Assembly (NCBI GenBank): GCA_963713045.1
Contig: CAVQKE010000004.1
Coordinates: forward strand, 1,024,001 to 1,088,000
Origin: an uncultured delta proteobacterium
Lineage (GTDB): Bacteria > Myxococcota > Myxococcia > Myxococcales > Myxococcaceae
Length of the DNA: 64,000 nucleotides
Direction: 5' to 3'
Part shown: positions 50,395 through 60,874 of the stretch, one piece after another
Numbering within the stretch: the first letter of the stretch is position 1
Layout of the letters: every line of letters starts with the position of its first letter
The notes under the pieces: generated by a model
Seen by the model: only the letters and a program-made list of their open reading frames with translations
The model's database searches: none
Told to the model about the DNA's origin: nothing
Program-made: the position numbers and the translations under genes

Positions 50395-51455
50395 GTGAGG
50401 GCCCCGCGCTCGACGCACAACCCGTGCGTCTCCGGCAGTCCGAGCAGGGCGTTGAGGTTTTGCACCGCCTGGCTGGCAGCCCCCTTGAGGAGGTTGTCGA
50501 GCGCAGAGATGACAACCACGCGTCCCGGGTCGAAACCTCCCAGCGCGCAGGCCACGCCGACCCGTGCTCTGGGCGAACCAACCACCGAGCGCAACGTCAC
50601 CTCCTCGGGGGTGGCAACCACTTCCACCAACGGTTCGTGGGCGTAGGCATCCCGCAGTGCCTGCTGCAGCCGTTCCGGCGCCACGCCAGGGCGGATGCGC
50701 GCAGAGACGGTGCACAGGATGCCCCGACGGACCGGCAGCAAATGCGGTGTGAAAGTGAAGGCGGCCGGATGCCCGGCTGCCCATTGGAAGGACTGGGCAA
50801 TCTCCGGCAGGTGCTGGTGGCGCAGCACGCGGTAGGCCCGCATGTCCTCGTCCAGCTCTGCGAAGCTGTAGGGTTCCTGCGCCTGGCGCCCAGCACCAGT
50901 GACGCCGGAAGCAGCGTCCACCACCACCGCCTCTTCGGTCAGGAGGCCAGCCGACAACAGCGGCGCCACGGCGAGAGCCGCTGCCGTGGGAAAGCATCCT
51001 GGGTTGGCCACCAACCGGGCTTTGGACAGCCCGTCTCGGCCAAGCTCAGGAAGTCCGTAGACGGCCTCGCTGAGAAGTTCCGCCGAAGGGTGCTCGAAGC
51101 CGTAGGCCGACGAATAGGCGCTGGCCGACTTGAGTCGGAAGGCACCCGAGAGGTCCACCACCCGGACGCCCAGCTCCAGCAGCTCCGGAACCAGGCGCAG
51201 CGACACCTCGGTGGGCGTGGCAAGCATCACCACCGCACATTCCTCAGCGCGCTCGAGCGCGCGCTCCACCGCCTGGTAGTGCAGCCCGCCGACCGTGCCG
51301 CCAATGCCTGTCCGCGCTCGAACGGTGTCGCCCTCCCACCGTTCACTGGCGGCAAAGCGAACCGAGATGTCTGGATGCTGGGCGAGGAGACGGCACACCT
51401 CGATGCCCGAATAGCCCGAGGCCCCCACCACGCCCACTTCATAGTTATGCGACAA
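50391..51455 (-). CDS. argC: N-acetyl-gamma-glutamyl-phosphate reductase
   Basis: GVVGASGYSG, DLSGAFRL, ANPGCFPT, SGVTGAGR, DNLLKGAASQAVQN; start uncertain. Confidence 0.93.
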   Translation of the reverse strand: MSHNYEVGVVGASGYSGIEVCRLLAQHPDISVRFAASERWEGDTVRARTGIGGTVGGLHYQAVERALERAEECAVVMLATPTEVSLRLVPELLELGVRVVDLSGAFRLKSASAYSSAYGFEHPSAELLSEAVYGLPELGRDGLSKARLVANPGCFPTAAALAVAPLLSAGLLTEEAVVVDAASGVTGAGRQAQEPYSFAELDEDMRAYRVLRHQHLPEIAQSFQWAAGHPAAFTFTPHLLPVRRGILCTVSARIRPGVAPERLQQALRDAYAHEPLVEVVATPEEVTLRSVVGSPRARVGVACALGGFDPGRVVVISALDNLLKGAASQAVQNLNALLGLPETHGLCVERGALT

Positions 51456-51474
51456 GGTTGCGTACTTATGCAGA
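51436..51474. promoter_or_regulatory. Tandem ARG boxes (ArgR operator)
   Basis: Cores TTCATAGTTATGCG (51438-51451) and TGCGTACTTATGCA (51459-51472), 21 bp apart (18+3); minus-strand TTGACG at 51486-51491. Confidence 0.7.
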
Positions 51475-51615
51475 CTCCTCGCCCGCGTCAAGCGACGTTC
51501 AGGCGACACCCGCTGTCCTCTGTCGCCATCGGCCGAGGGACGGCGGCGGCGTCGCTCGCCCGGCGCGGCGAAGTCGCAGGTGCGGTGGCGCGCCGGCCCA
51601 GCTACAAGGGGCGCA

Positions 51616-52374
51616 ATGAATCCCGCTCCGACCGCCGTCCTCTCGGTCGAGAACCTCTGCAAGTCCTATGGAAGCTTGCGAGCAGTGGACCAGGTCGCCT
51701 TCCACGTCGCGCCGGGGGAAATTGTCGGATTGGTTGGGCCCAATGGCGCCGGCAAGACGACCACCATCAACATGATTCTGGGAGTGCTCGAGCCGACGGC
51801 GGGACAAATCGAAATCGAAGGCGTCAGCGTTGAGGCCGACCGCAGTCGGGCTCTGGCGAGAACCAATTTCGCGGCGGTCTATGCGCCCCTGCCTGGAAAT
51901 CTGACGGTCGAGCAGAATCTGCGCATCTTCGGGATGATTTACCTGGTCGAGGCGCTCTCCGAACGCATTGAGGAGCTGCTCACGGCTTACGACCTTGCGC
52001 GGTTCCGTCGAGTCAAGGCGGGCGTGCTGTCCTCGGGGGAGCAGAGCCGTCTCAGCCTAGCCAAGGCGATGCTCAACCGGCCGAGGCTGCTGCTGCTCGA
52101 CGAGCCAACGGCGTCCATCGACCCCTCCGCCGCGCGGGACGTCCGTGCGGGAATCTCCGCCTTCGTCGAGGGGGGCGACTGCGGCGTTTTGTGGACCAGC
52201 CACAACATGTATGAGGTCGAGGCGGTCTGTCATCGAGTCCTCTTTCTCTCTCGCGGGAGGATTCTGCTCGAGGGCGACCCCAAGACCCTTCCCCGCGAAC
52301 ACGGTGCGGCGAGTCTGGACGACCTCTTCGTCGCGGTGGCGCATGAGGCGCTGCACCAAGGACAAGCACCGTGA
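51616..52374 (+). CDS. ABC-2 type exporter ATP-binding protein
   Basis: GPNGAGKTT, LSSGE, LLLDEP, SHNM. Confidence 0.92.
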   Translation: MNPAPTAVLSVENLCKSYGSLRAVDQVAFHVAPGEIVGLVGPNGAGKTTTINMILGVLEPTAGQIEIEGVSVEADRSRALARTNFAAVYAPLPGNLTVEQNLRIFGMIYLVEALSERIEELLTAYDLARFRRVKAGVLSSGEQSRLSLAKAMLNRPRLLLLDEPTASIDPSAARDVRAGISAFVEGGDCGVLWTSHNMYEVEAVCHRVLFLSRGRILLEGDPKTLPREHGAASLDDLFVAVAHEALHQGQAP

Positions 52375-53174
52375 GCGGCCGGCGCATCGCGGCCATCGTC
52401 TTGCGCCAGCTCTACCTCCTGGGCGGGAGTCCCCAACGGGTGGTGCCCCTGTTCGCCTGGGCCGCCGTCGACATCCTGCTGTGGGGCTTCATCACCCGCT
52501 ACCTCAACTCGGTCGCCCAAACCGGCTTCGACTTCGTGCCGACACTCTTGGGCGCGGTGCTGCTGTGGGATTTTCTCACCCGCATCATGCAGGGCGTGAC
52601 CATGGCCTTCTTCGAGGACGTCTGGTCGCGCAATTTCCTCAACTTCTTTGCCACTCCCCTTTCCATTTCCGAATACCTGGTTGGCCTGGTGGCCACGGGA
52701 ATCGGCACCAGCCTGGTGAGCTTGCTCGCCATGTTGGCACTTGCCCGGCTGGCGTTCGGCTTGTCCTTCCTCAGCTACGGCCTGGCGCTCGTCCCGTTTC
52801 TGATGGTGCTTTTCCTCACCGGCATCGCACTGGGCATCACCGGCGCGGCCATCGTGCTGCGCCTTGGGCCCGCGTCAGAGTGGCTCATCTGGCCGATTCC
52901 GACGCTGATTTCCCCCTTCGCGGGCGTCTTCTACCCAGTTTCGGTTCTGCCCGGCTGGATGCAGGTCGTCGCCCGGGGTTTGCCGCCGTCCTACGTCTTT
53001 GAAGGCATTCGGGCTCTGGTTGCCGGAAAGCCCGCTCCTTGGGACCGCCTCGCCCTCGGTGGCGGCCTGGCCGTTGCCTACGTCGTCCTTTCCTGCATCT
53101 GTTTCGCTTGGGTCTACCGCTACGCGCTCCGCACCGGCCTCATCGCCCGCTACAGCGCCGAGACGGTGAGCTGA
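52371..53174 (+). CDS. ABC-2 type exporter permease
   Basis: 6 TM; FYPVSVLPGWMQ..LPPSYVFEG; GTGA overlap. Confidence 0.88.
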   Translation: MSGRRIAAIVLRQLYLLGGSPQRVVPLFAWAAVDILLWGFITRYLNSVAQTGFDFVPTLLGAVLLWDFLTRIMQGVTMAFFEDVWSRNFLNFFATPLSISEYLVGLVATGIGTSLVSLLAMLALARLAFGLSFLSYGLALVPFLMVLFLTGIALGITGAAIVLRLGPASEWLIWPIPTLISPFAGVFYPVSVLPGWMQVVARGLPPSYVFEGIRALVAGKPAPWDRLALGGGLAVAYVVLSCICFAWVYRYALRTGLIARYSAETVS

Positions 53175-53178
53175 GGCT

Positions 53179-53712
53179 TTACTTGCCCTCGGCCTTCTGG
53201 CGCGGGGCAATCCAGGTAATCAGGTCCCAGGCATCGCGGATTCCCACCAGCAACAGCGCGAGCAGGCAGACCGCCGTCGCGTAGGCCGCCCATTCGACCA
53301 GGACCCAAAGGGCGGCCGAAGCGGCCAGGAGTCCCAGGTAGACCACCGCCGGAACAACGCCGTAGAAATAGAAGTCCGACCAGTGCGGCGGCTCCTGGCC
53401 GGGGAGTCCCACACGGATTCCAATGCAAGCCCGCACCGCATTGGCCAGCCCAATGAGGGCGCTCAGGCCGAAGAGTGCTGCCGCCGCCGACGCTGGCACT
53501 CTCGGCGCCAAGGCCACAGCGCTGGTCGTCAGCACCACCCCGAAGTGGATGACGGTTGGCGTCATGTAGATTTTGTTCGCGGTCATCACCCTTGATTTTT
53601 CAAGGCCGGAGGTGAGGGTGATGACGACAAACAACAGCCCAATCAAAGCCGCCGCGGCGGACCCAATCATCAAGTAGAAATTGTCCCAACCGTGAAACAC
53701 CGCCTCTTCCAT
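53179..53712 (-). CDS. Hypothetical membrane protein
   Basis: GWDNFY..GSAAAALIGLLFV ... GIRDAWDL; about 5 TM. Confidence 0.75.
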   Translation of the reverse strand: MEEAVFHGWDNFYLMIGSAAAALIGLLFVVITLTSGLEKSRVMTANKIYMTPTVIHFGVVLTTSAVALAPRVPASAAAALFGLSALIGLANAVRACIGIRVGLPGQEPPHWSDFYFYGVVPAVVYLGLLAASAALWVLVEWAAYATAVCLLALLLVGIRDAWDLITWIAPRQKAEGK

Positions 53713-54025
53713 GCGCTCACCTTGCCGTCAGCCGGATGGATAGGCAAACGCTTACAAAGCGTCCTGAGCCGGGGTCGCCGCTGCTGAGAAGTCTTCAGTC
53801 AGTGCGGGACTCGGCCGACGCGCGGCACCAGCGACTTTGGACCCGGGGTCAAAAGGTCGACGTTGGACGGCGGCTTCGGTGTGGCCCCGCAAGTGCCTGG
53901 CGCGTGACAAGAGACGGTCCTGGGGACCACGCGCCTTTCTAAGGCCCTGCTTCAGCGAATGGGCTTGCCATCGGGCGTTCCGAAGCGCCCAATGGACACC
54001 TCCTGTCGACGTGCGAGGGAGTCGC

Positions 54026-54943
54026 ATGCGAACAAGGCGGATTCAAAAGGTCGTCAAGAGCCACGCAACACTCGAAGGCGCAGGCGTCCACCTTCATCGC
54101 GCAATCGGCCTTGGCCCACCTGAGCAGTATGACCCCTTTCTCCTCCTCGACGACTTTCGCTCTGACGTGCCCGAGGACTATCTCCCGGGCTTCCCATGGC
54201 ACCCGCATCGCGGGATGGAAACCATCACCTATGTCCTTCGCGGCAAGGTCGAGCATCGCGACAGCCTCGGGAACGTCGGCGTCATCTCCCCAGGCGACGT
54301 GCAGTGGATGACGGCCGGCAGCGGCATCATTCATCAAGAGATGCCGCAGGGCGATAAGGACGGCAAGATGTACGGGTTCCAGCTCTGGGCAAACCTGCCA
54401 GCCGTCGACAAGATGATGGAGCCACGCTACCGCGGCGTCCAAAACCGAGACATTCCGGAAGTGGCCGACGCGAGCGGCGCCGTGATTCGGGTAATTGCCG
54501 GCGTCGCGGGCAGGACCACTGGACCGGTGCGGGACGTCGTCACCAGCCCGGAGTATCTCGACGTCACGGTTCCGGCCGGCGTGACGTTCACCCGGGCCAC
54601 TCCGCGCGGCCACACCGTCTTCGCCTATGTCATCGGCGGCCAGGGGGAGTTCAACCACCAGAAAAACCCCTACAGCTACGAAGCGGAGGGGGACTCATAT
54701 TTCGACCAGGAGCGAGACCGGTTCATCGGCGACCGGCACTTGGTCCTTTTCGATGATGGCGATGAGGTCATCGTGACAGCGGGCACGCAGCCGCTCCGCT
54801 TTTTGTTCATTTCCGGAAAGCCCATTGGCGAGCCGATTGCGTGGCGTGGGCCGATTGTCATGAATACCCAAGAGGAACTGCGTCTCGCGTTCGAGGAGCT
54901 CGACCGGGGAACGTTCATTCGGCACCCGCGGCGGGTGCGTTAA
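54026..54943 (+). CDS. Pirin family protein
   Basis: DPFLLLDDF, GFPWHPHRGMETITY, QWMTAGSGIIHQE, FQLWANLP, GPIVMN. Confidence 0.95.
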   Translation: MRTRRIQKVVKSHATLEGAGVHLHRAIGLGPPEQYDPFLLLDDFRSDVPEDYLPGFPWHPHRGMETITYVLRGKVEHRDSLGNVGVISPGDVQWMTAGSGIIHQEMPQGDKDGKMYGFQLWANLPAVDKMMEPRYRGVQNRDIPEVADASGAVIRVIAGVAGRTTGPVRDVVTSPEYLDVTVPAGVTFTRATPRGHTVFAYVIGGQGEFNHQKNPYSYEAEGDSYFDQERDRFIGDRHLVLFDDGDEVIVTAGTQPLRFLFISGKPIGEPIAWRGPIVMNTQEELRLAFEELDRGTFIRHPRRVR

Positions 54944-55128
54944 AGGAGGTCGAGGAACGCCGTCGAGGCCATCGCCTGTCACCTGCCGGTGCTTCGTGTC
55001 CCCCCGGGCCGACCGCGGCCCCCTTTTTGCCCCGAATCCACGTGTGGACGCTACGCCGCAGGGAATGATTGAAATGCTGTCGTCGTTACAACCGCTGCAG
55101 CTCCCAACCCCAGCAAAGGCAGGACGCG

Positions 55129-55953
55129 ATGAGCACCATGACGACGAAGGACGGTACCCAAATTTATTACAACGATTGGGGCAGTGGACAACCCGTCGTC
55201 TTTAGCCATGGTTGGCCGCTTTCGGCGGATGCCTTTGAAGACCAAATGTTTTTTCTGGCTTCGCGCGGCTACCGGTGCATCGCGCACGACCGGCGAGGTC
55301 ACGGGCGTTCTAGCCAGCCGTGGAACGGAAACGACCTCGACACCTATGCCGACGACCTTGCGGAGCTGGTCCAGAAGCTGGAGCTGACCAACGCCATTCA
55401 CGTTGGCCACTCCACCGGCGGCGGCGAGGTGGCCCGCTACATCGGTCGTCACGGAACAAAGCGGGTGGCAAAGGCGGTGTTGATTTCAGCGATTCCACCT
55501 CTGATGCTCAAGACAGCGTCCAATCCGGTTGGCACGCCCATCGAGGCATTCAATCAGCTGCGTTCCGCGGTCCAAGCCGACCGGTCAAAGTTTTGGAAGG
55601 ACCTCAGTATGGCCTTCTACGGCTACAACCGTCCGGGGGCGAAGATTTCAGAAGGCGTCCGCGAATCCTTCTGGCTCCAAGGGATGATGGCCGGCTTCCC
55701 GGCATCCTACTTTTGCATCAAGGCCTTCTCGGAGACGGACACCACCGAGGACCTCAAGAAATTCAACGTTCCGACGCTGATCCTCCACGGCGACGACGAC
55801 CAAATCGTCCCCATCGCGAGCGCGGCCCTCCTGTCGTCGAAAATCGTCAAGGGGTCCATCCTCAAAATCTACAAGGGCGCCCCCCACGGGATGTGCACGA
55901 CACTGAAGGACCAGGTCAACGAGGAGCTACTCGGATTCTTCAAGAATAGCTGA
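55129..55953 (+). CDS. Non-heme chloroperoxidase / perhydrolase-type alpha/beta hydrolase
   Basis: [38 protein letters not shown]. Confidence 0.92.
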   Translation: MSTMTTKDGTQIYYNDWGSGQPVVFSHGWPLSADAFEDQMFFLASRGYRCIAHDRRGHGRSSQPWNGNDLDTYADDLAELVQKLELTNAIHVGHSTGGGEVARYIGRHGTKRVAKAVLISAIPPLMLKTASNPVGTPIEAFNQLRSAVQADRSKFWKDLSMAFYGYNRPGAKISEGVRESFWLQGMMAGFPASYFCIKAFSETDTTEDLKKFNVPTLILHGDDDQIVPIASAALLSSKIVKGSILKIYKGAPHGMCTTLKDQVNEELLGFFKNS

Positions 55954-56177
55954 AGCACCACGCCCGCTCGGACCTTCTGGAAGCTCTCCGCCGCGCTGCG
56001 ATGGCGGAGGGCTTCCGTCCTGGGGTGCTCATTCGCTTCACCGCGGGGCTCGCCGTCGGCGGGGAAGAAGCGGCCGACAAATGAGGTTGCTACCCGGCAG
56101 GGGGTGGAAGCTTGAAGCGGAGGTCCGCCCGACGCCCTGGCGGTTTGAGGCTGGACACCACTCGGAGGGTTCAGAAA

Positions 56178-56462
56178 ATGAGAGAGGTCCTTCGTCGAAG
56201 ACGTCTCGGTGCTGGCGATGTGGCGATGCTTGCAGCCGCTGTCGGGGCCGTGGCAGCGGGCGCCGTGGCGGTGGGCGCGGTTGCAATCGGCGCACTCAGC
56301 ATTCGTCGATTGGCAATCCAGCGGGTCATCATCTCCAGCGCCCAATTCAAGTCGCTGGTGGTTGAAGAGTTGACCGTGAAGCGGCTTCGCGCCACGGAAG
56401 TCACCGTCGATGACCCGGCCGCGTTGCCGAAAAGCGCTGGCCGCCCCCTCGTCTCGGGATGA
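56178..56462 (+). CDS. Small Ala/Gly-rich membrane-anchored hypothetical protein
   Basis: GGAGG RBS; GAVAAGAVAVGAVAIGAL helix followed by L.VEELTV.RL. Confidence 0.6.
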   Translation: MREVLRRRRLGAGDVAMLAAAVGAVAAGAVAVGAVAIGALSIRRLAIQRVIISSAQFKSLVVEELTVKRLRATEVTVDDPAALPKSAGRPLVSG

Positions 56463-56500
56463 GTCGCGGGTAGATTCTTAAGCAAACGTTGGAGGAAGCC

Positions 56501-56929
56501 ATGTCACGAGAGTCACGACTGACTGCGGGCATTCTGCTCGTCGTCCTTCCCACGGTGATGTACGGCGGCCTGTCCCTTCTCAGCATGCTCACCCAAAATG
56601 CACCGGGGTACATCGACAACCCTCTGCGGCACGACCTGTGGCGGGCCGGCCATGCGCATGCAGGCGTCTACCTCATCCTTTCGCTGGTGATGCTGCGCTA
56701 CGTGGACGAGGTCGAGCTCCCCCCACTCTGGAAGTGGCTGGCCCGAACCGGCGCGCCGATTGCCGCCATCCTCATCCCCGCCGCCTTCTTCTTGTCGGTC
56801 GCCTCTCCAACGGCGAGGGAGCCCAATGCCCTCATCAACCTGGCCTACGTGGGAGGTCTCTTTCTGGCGGCCGCGGTCCTGAGCCTCGGGGTGGGGCTGA
56901 TTCGCGGGGCACAGCGGATGAAGGCCTGA
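56501..56929 (+). CDS. Hypothetical membrane protein
   Basis: GGAGG RBS; 4 TM; RAGHAHAGV motif. Confidence 0.75.
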   Translation: MSRESRLTAGILLVVLPTVMYGGLSLLSMLTQNAPGYIDNPLRHDLWRAGHAHAGVYLILSLVMLRYVDEVELPPLWKWLARTGAPIAAILIPAAFFLSVASPTAREPNALINLAYVGGLFLAAAVLSLGVGLIRGAQRMKA

Positions 56930-56982
56930 AGCGAGGACAACAGGCACGCGCCAGAAGCAGGCGTGCGGCCCTCCAGTCGACT

Positions 56983-58371
56983 TTAGTAGGCGTGCCGGGA
57001 CAGAAAGCCGCCGAGGACGGTCCGGACGAGAATTTTCACGTCCAAGAGCAGCGACCAGTTCTCGATGTAATAAAGGTCATACTCAATCCGCTTCTCGATG
57101 GACGTTTGCCCGCGAAGCCCGTGAATCTGGGCCCACCCGGTGATGCCGGACTTCACCTTGTGGCGCAGGTGGTACTTCGGTATCCGCCGCTTGAATTCCT
57201 CGATGAAGACCGGCCGCTCCGGCCGGGGGCCAACCAAACTCATATCGCCCCACAAGACGTTGAGCAGCTGGGGCAATTCGTCCAAGGACGAGGCCCGCAG
57301 AAACGCCCCGACCGCCGTGCGGCGCGGGTCCTTGGCGCGGGCCATGGCGGCCCCGTCGGCCTCAGCGTCGGTGCGCATGGTGCGGAACTTCACAATTTGA
57401 AACGTCCGTCCGTCCATCCCCATCCGCTCCTGCCGAAAGAAGATGGGCCCCCGACTTGTCAACCGGACGGCGAGGGCCACCAGCAGAAACACCGGGGACA
57501 ACACCAACAGCGCCGAAACCGCCAACAGCACGTCAAAGACGCGCTTGGCCACCAGGTTCCAGCCTTCGAGGGGGCCGCCTTGCAGGCCAATCAGGGGCAA
57601 TCCGCCGAATTCCTCGAGGCCCCCGTACAGCGTGACGTACTGGAAGAGGTCCGGTACCACCTTCACGTCCACGGTTTGCAGGGCGAGACGCTCCATCAGC
57701 TGCTTCAACAGCGGCGTGTCCTCGGAGGGGAGGGCCAAAATGACTTGGTCCACCGGGCCATGGGCCAGCACCCGTTCCAAGTCCGCGGTGGTGCCGACCA
57801 CCGGGACGTCGCGCACCGTGGTGCCTGGCGGGCAGGCCGCGGAGGAGAGGGCCCCCACCACACGGAAGCCCAGTTCGCGGTGGCCCTCGATGGTGTCCAC
57901 CACCCGTTCTCCGAGGCTGCCGGTTCCCACCAACAGAATGGATTTGAGGTTGTGGCCTCGGCGGCGGACCTCGGCCAAGACGCTCCGGAAGCTGAGGCGC
58001 GTCGCCGACACCAGCACCACGGCGTAGCCGAGAAACAGCCCCAGCGTGGCGCGCGAGTAGCGCTCACGGAAAAAGTAGGTGATGGCCACCAGCAACAGCG
58101 TCGCCGTGAGAGAGGCCCGGACGACGCCGAAGACTTCTTCCAAGTCGGTCCGTGCGCGGTTGGTGACGTAGAGCTGGGCCTGTCGGAAGGCCATGTGGAA
58201 AAGCAGCAGCGCCAAGGCCAGCGTCACCAGCGAATCGCCGAGGGTGGGCTCTGGCCGGTGGTCGGTCCAGCTAAACCACGTCAGGTAGGCCAGGCCAAAG
58301 GCCAGGGCCAACACCACCACGTCCGTGGCCACCTTGATGGAGGTGTAGAAGCGCTGGAGGCGGCCAAACAT
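56983..58371 (-). CDS. Polyisoprenyl-phosphate hexose-1-phosphate transferase (WbaP/WcaJ family)
   Basis: N-terminal TMs; KRVFD, KFRTM, DPR.T..G.FLR.SSLDELPQ, GDMSLVGPRPE, GITGWAQ, DLYYIENWS. Confidence 0.93.
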   Translation of the reverse strand: MFGRLQRFYTSIKVATDVVVLALAFGLAYLTWFSWTDHRPEPTLGDSLVTLALALLLFHMAFRQAQLYVTNRARTDLEEVFGVVRASLTATLLLVAITYFFRERYSRATLGLFLGYAVVLVSATRLSFRSVLAEVRRRGHNLKSILLVGTGSLGERVVDTIEGHRELGFRVVGALSSAACPPGTTVRDVPVVGTTADLERVLAHGPVDQVILALPSEDTPLLKQLMERLALQTVDVKVVPDLFQYVTLYGGLEEFGGLPLIGLQGGPLEGWNLVAKRVFDVLLAVSALLVLSPVFLLVALAVRLTSRGPIFFRQERMGMDGRTFQIVKFRTMRTDAEADGAAMARAKDPRRTAVGAFLRASSLDELPQLLNVLWGDMSLVGPRPERPVFIEEFKRRIPKYHLRHKVKSGITGWAQIHGLRGQTSIEKRIEYDLYYIENWSLLLDVKILVRTVLGGFLSRHAY

Positions 58372-58389
58372 GTGGCGGAACCTCTCTGG

Positions 58390-59499
58390 TTACCACGGAC
58401 GGCCGCGCAGAAGCGGCTCAGAAGCGCGACGGATGCCGGCCCAGAATTGCTCTGGCCGAAAGAGGAGGGCGCGCTGCCGGGCCGCCTCCGGCCTGAAGCC
58501 CTTCTCGAAGACCTCGAAGCGCTCGACTGCCTCCACCAGTGCCTCCGGCGTGGCGTCTTGGAAGAAGAGCCCGGTGTCCGCGGTGACTGTCTCCAGCGCC
58601 CCCCCTCGCCCCAAGGCCAGCACCGGGCGGCCGCAGGCCATCGCCTCCAGCGGCACAATCCCGAAGTCTTCCTCCCCGGGAAAGACCAGGGCGCGCGCGT
58701 CGCGGTACAGCGCGGGAAGCGCGTCGTCCTTCACCGCTCCAAGCCAACGGACGGAGGGCGGCCGGCCCCGGCGCAGCCGACCTGCGTCTTGTCCGTCCCC
58801 GGCCACCCACAGCGGCGCACCAAGACGGCGGAAGGCTTCGAGGGCGACGTCCAGGCGCTTGTAGGGCGCCAGCGCCCCCACCCACAGGAAATACCCGCCA
58901 GCGCCGGTGCCTAGGGGTGCTGAGGCGAAGCGCTCGGTGTCCACCGGCGGGTACACCACTTCGACGGTACGGCCCCAGGCGCGCGCAATGCGCTGGGCCA
59001 CATGCTGACTGTCGGCCAGCATGACGTCCGGCGCGGAGGCCGTGGCCCGGTCCCACGCCTGAAGCCTCGGGCGCAGCGCGCGCGCCCCCAGGCGGACCGG
59101 CCAGGAGGCTCTTCCAGGGCCGAAGTACTCCTCAAACAGGTCCCACATGTACCGCATGGGGGCAAAGACGTAAGCCAGGTGCGGCGTCCCTTGGGGCACC
59201 GCGACAGCCTTGGCGACGCAGTGGCTGGTGGAGAGGACGAAGTCAAACCCGCGCACGTCCAACTGGCGCACCGCCCAGGGCATGAAGGGCAATAGGTTGC
59301 GGTAGTGGCGGAAGACGCCCGGGACGTGCTGCAGCGGCGAGACGTGGATGGGGCGCGACTCGATGGGCTGCCCGACGCTTCCCGGCTGGTGCAGAAGGGT
59401 AAACACCTCGGCGTCTGGAAAAAGACGCACCAGTGCCTCCAGCACGGCCTCCCCGCCGCGACGGCCCACCAGCCAGTCATGCACCAGCGCGACGCGCAT
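58390..59499 (-). CDS. GT4 glycosyltransferase
   Basis: ALVHDWL..RGGE, PYKR, EDFGIVPLEAMACG. Confidence 0.92.
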   Translation of the reverse strand: MRVALVHDWLVGRRGGEAVLEALVRLFPDAEVFTLLHQPGSVGQPIESRPIHVSPLQHVPGVFRHYRNLLPFMPWAVRQLDVRGFDFVLSTSHCVAKAVAVPQGTPHLAYVFAPMRYMWDLFEEYFGPGRASWPVRLGARALRPRLQAWDRATASAPDVMLADSQHVAQRIARAWGRTVEVVYPPVDTERFASAPLGTGAGGYFLWVGALAPYKRLDVALEAFRRLGAPLWVAGDGQDAGRLRRGRPPSVRWLGAVKDDALPALYRDARALVFPGEEDFGIVPLEAMACGRPVLALGRGGALETVTADTGLFFQDATPEALVEAVERFEVFEKGFRPEAARQRALLFRPEQFWAGIRRASEPLLRGRPW

Positions 59500-59596
59500 G
59501 CCCAAGGCGCCTGCTGTAGCACCCCCCGCGCTGGCGGCAAGGCGTTCGGTCGGCGCGGGCAGCCCCGGGAAGCAAGCGGGCGCCCCCGCGCACGGC

Positions 59597-60874
59597 ATGC
59601 GAGTGGTGTACCTTCCAGCTGCCTTGCTCGCGGCGCCACCGCATGTGGAAGGGACGGCGGACGGCTCCGGCTGGGCGTGGCGTCCTTCGCTGGCCGAGGC
59701 CGGGCTATTGACTTGGGGCGTGGGCGTTCAGCTCTCCGAAGCGCTCGGCGCCCTGGGCATGGTGCTGTGTCTTTTGGCGGTGCTGCCACCCGGGCCGGGC
59801 TGGCGGGCGCGCGCCCTCCGGGCGTGGCCGCTGTGGGCCTTCGTCGCCTGGTGCCTGCTGGTGCCACTGCTTGCGGGCCGCGCCCCCACGGCAGGCGGAG
59901 CGGCGCGCATTTTGGACTGGTGCTTTCTGCCCGTGGCGGCGAGTGGGCTTGGCCTTCTCGGCCAGCGGGCACGGCGCCGCATGGCCCTGGTGGTGGGCGC
60001 GGTATTTCTCCTCTCCTGCGGTGCGGCGCTGTGCCAGCACTGGGGACTGTGGCCGGAGGCGGGTGCCTTCGCCCCCTTCCGTTGGACCGGGCTGCCCTTT
60101 CAGCGCATGTATGAAACGCTCCCCGGCGAGCCCGCGCGGTACATGGCCGGGGGCCTGTTGTTGCACCGGTTGAAATTCGCCCACGTCGGCGGCTTGTTGG
60201 TGCTGGCCTACTTGGACTTGGGGCTGTTGCGGCGGAACCGGGCGGCGCTGGCGGTGGCCGCGGTCGGGGCGCTGTGCGTGGCCTGGCTGCCCCATGCCCG
60301 CGCCGCCTCCGTCGCGCTGGTGGTGGCGATGGCGGTGGTGCTGGCGCTGCGCCTGTCGGGACGGTGGAGGTGGCCTGCGCTTTTCGGCCTTCTTCTCCTC
60401 GGCGTGGGCCTCCTGGCCGGGGTGAGTAGCCTGAGGGTGCGCTTTGCCTCGGTCGCCACCGATGAGGGCTCCGGGGACAGGCGCTGGTTGGCCCAGTCTG
60501 CCCTGCGCGCCGTGGCCGAGCACCCGTTGACCGGCGTCGGACTGGGACGTTACCGCCCGTCCAACTTCGCCTCGCCGGACACACCGGAGGAAGTGGTGCG
60601 CCACGCCGGCAAAGCGCACGACCAATACCTCACCTTCGCCGCCGAGGCCGGCCTGCCGGCGGCGCTGCTCTACGTCTGGGTGTTGGTGTGGTGCTGGCGC
60701 GCGACGCAGCCCTACCGTCCGCTGGGCGCGGCCGGTCGGGCCAGCGTCGTCTTCCTCGCCCTGGTGAGTGTCGTTCACGACCCCCTCTTCCACGCGGAGG
60801 TGTCCATGGCCGCCGTGCTGGCGCTCGGGCTGGCCCAAGGCATGCGGGAGGATGAGAAAGGGAGGGCGGGGTGA
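59597..60874 (+). CDS. O-antigen ligase (WaaL/Wzy_C) family protein
   Basis: Multi-TM; HRLKFAH, ARAA, HPLTGVGLG, KAHDQYL..AAEAG. Confidence 0.78.
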   Translation: MRVVYLPAALLAAPPHVEGTADGSGWAWRPSLAEAGLLTWGVGVQLSEALGALGMVLCLLAVLPPGPGWRARALRAWPLWAFVAWCLLVPLLAGRAPTAGGAARILDWCFLPVAASGLGLLGQRARRRMALVVGAVFLLSCGAALCQHWGLWPEAGAFAPFRWTGLPFQRMYETLPGEPARYMAGGLLLHRLKFAHVGGLLVLAYLDLGLLRRNRAALAVAAVGALCVAWLPHARAASVALVVAMAVVLALRLSGRWRWPALFGLLLLGVGLLAGVSSLRVRFASVATDEGSGDRRWLAQSALRAVAEHPLTGVGLGRYRPSNFASPDTPEEVVRHAGKAHDQYLTFAAEAGLPAALLYVWVLVWCWRATQPYRPLGAAGRASVVFLALVSVVHDPLFHAEVSMAAVLALGLAQGMREDEKGRAG

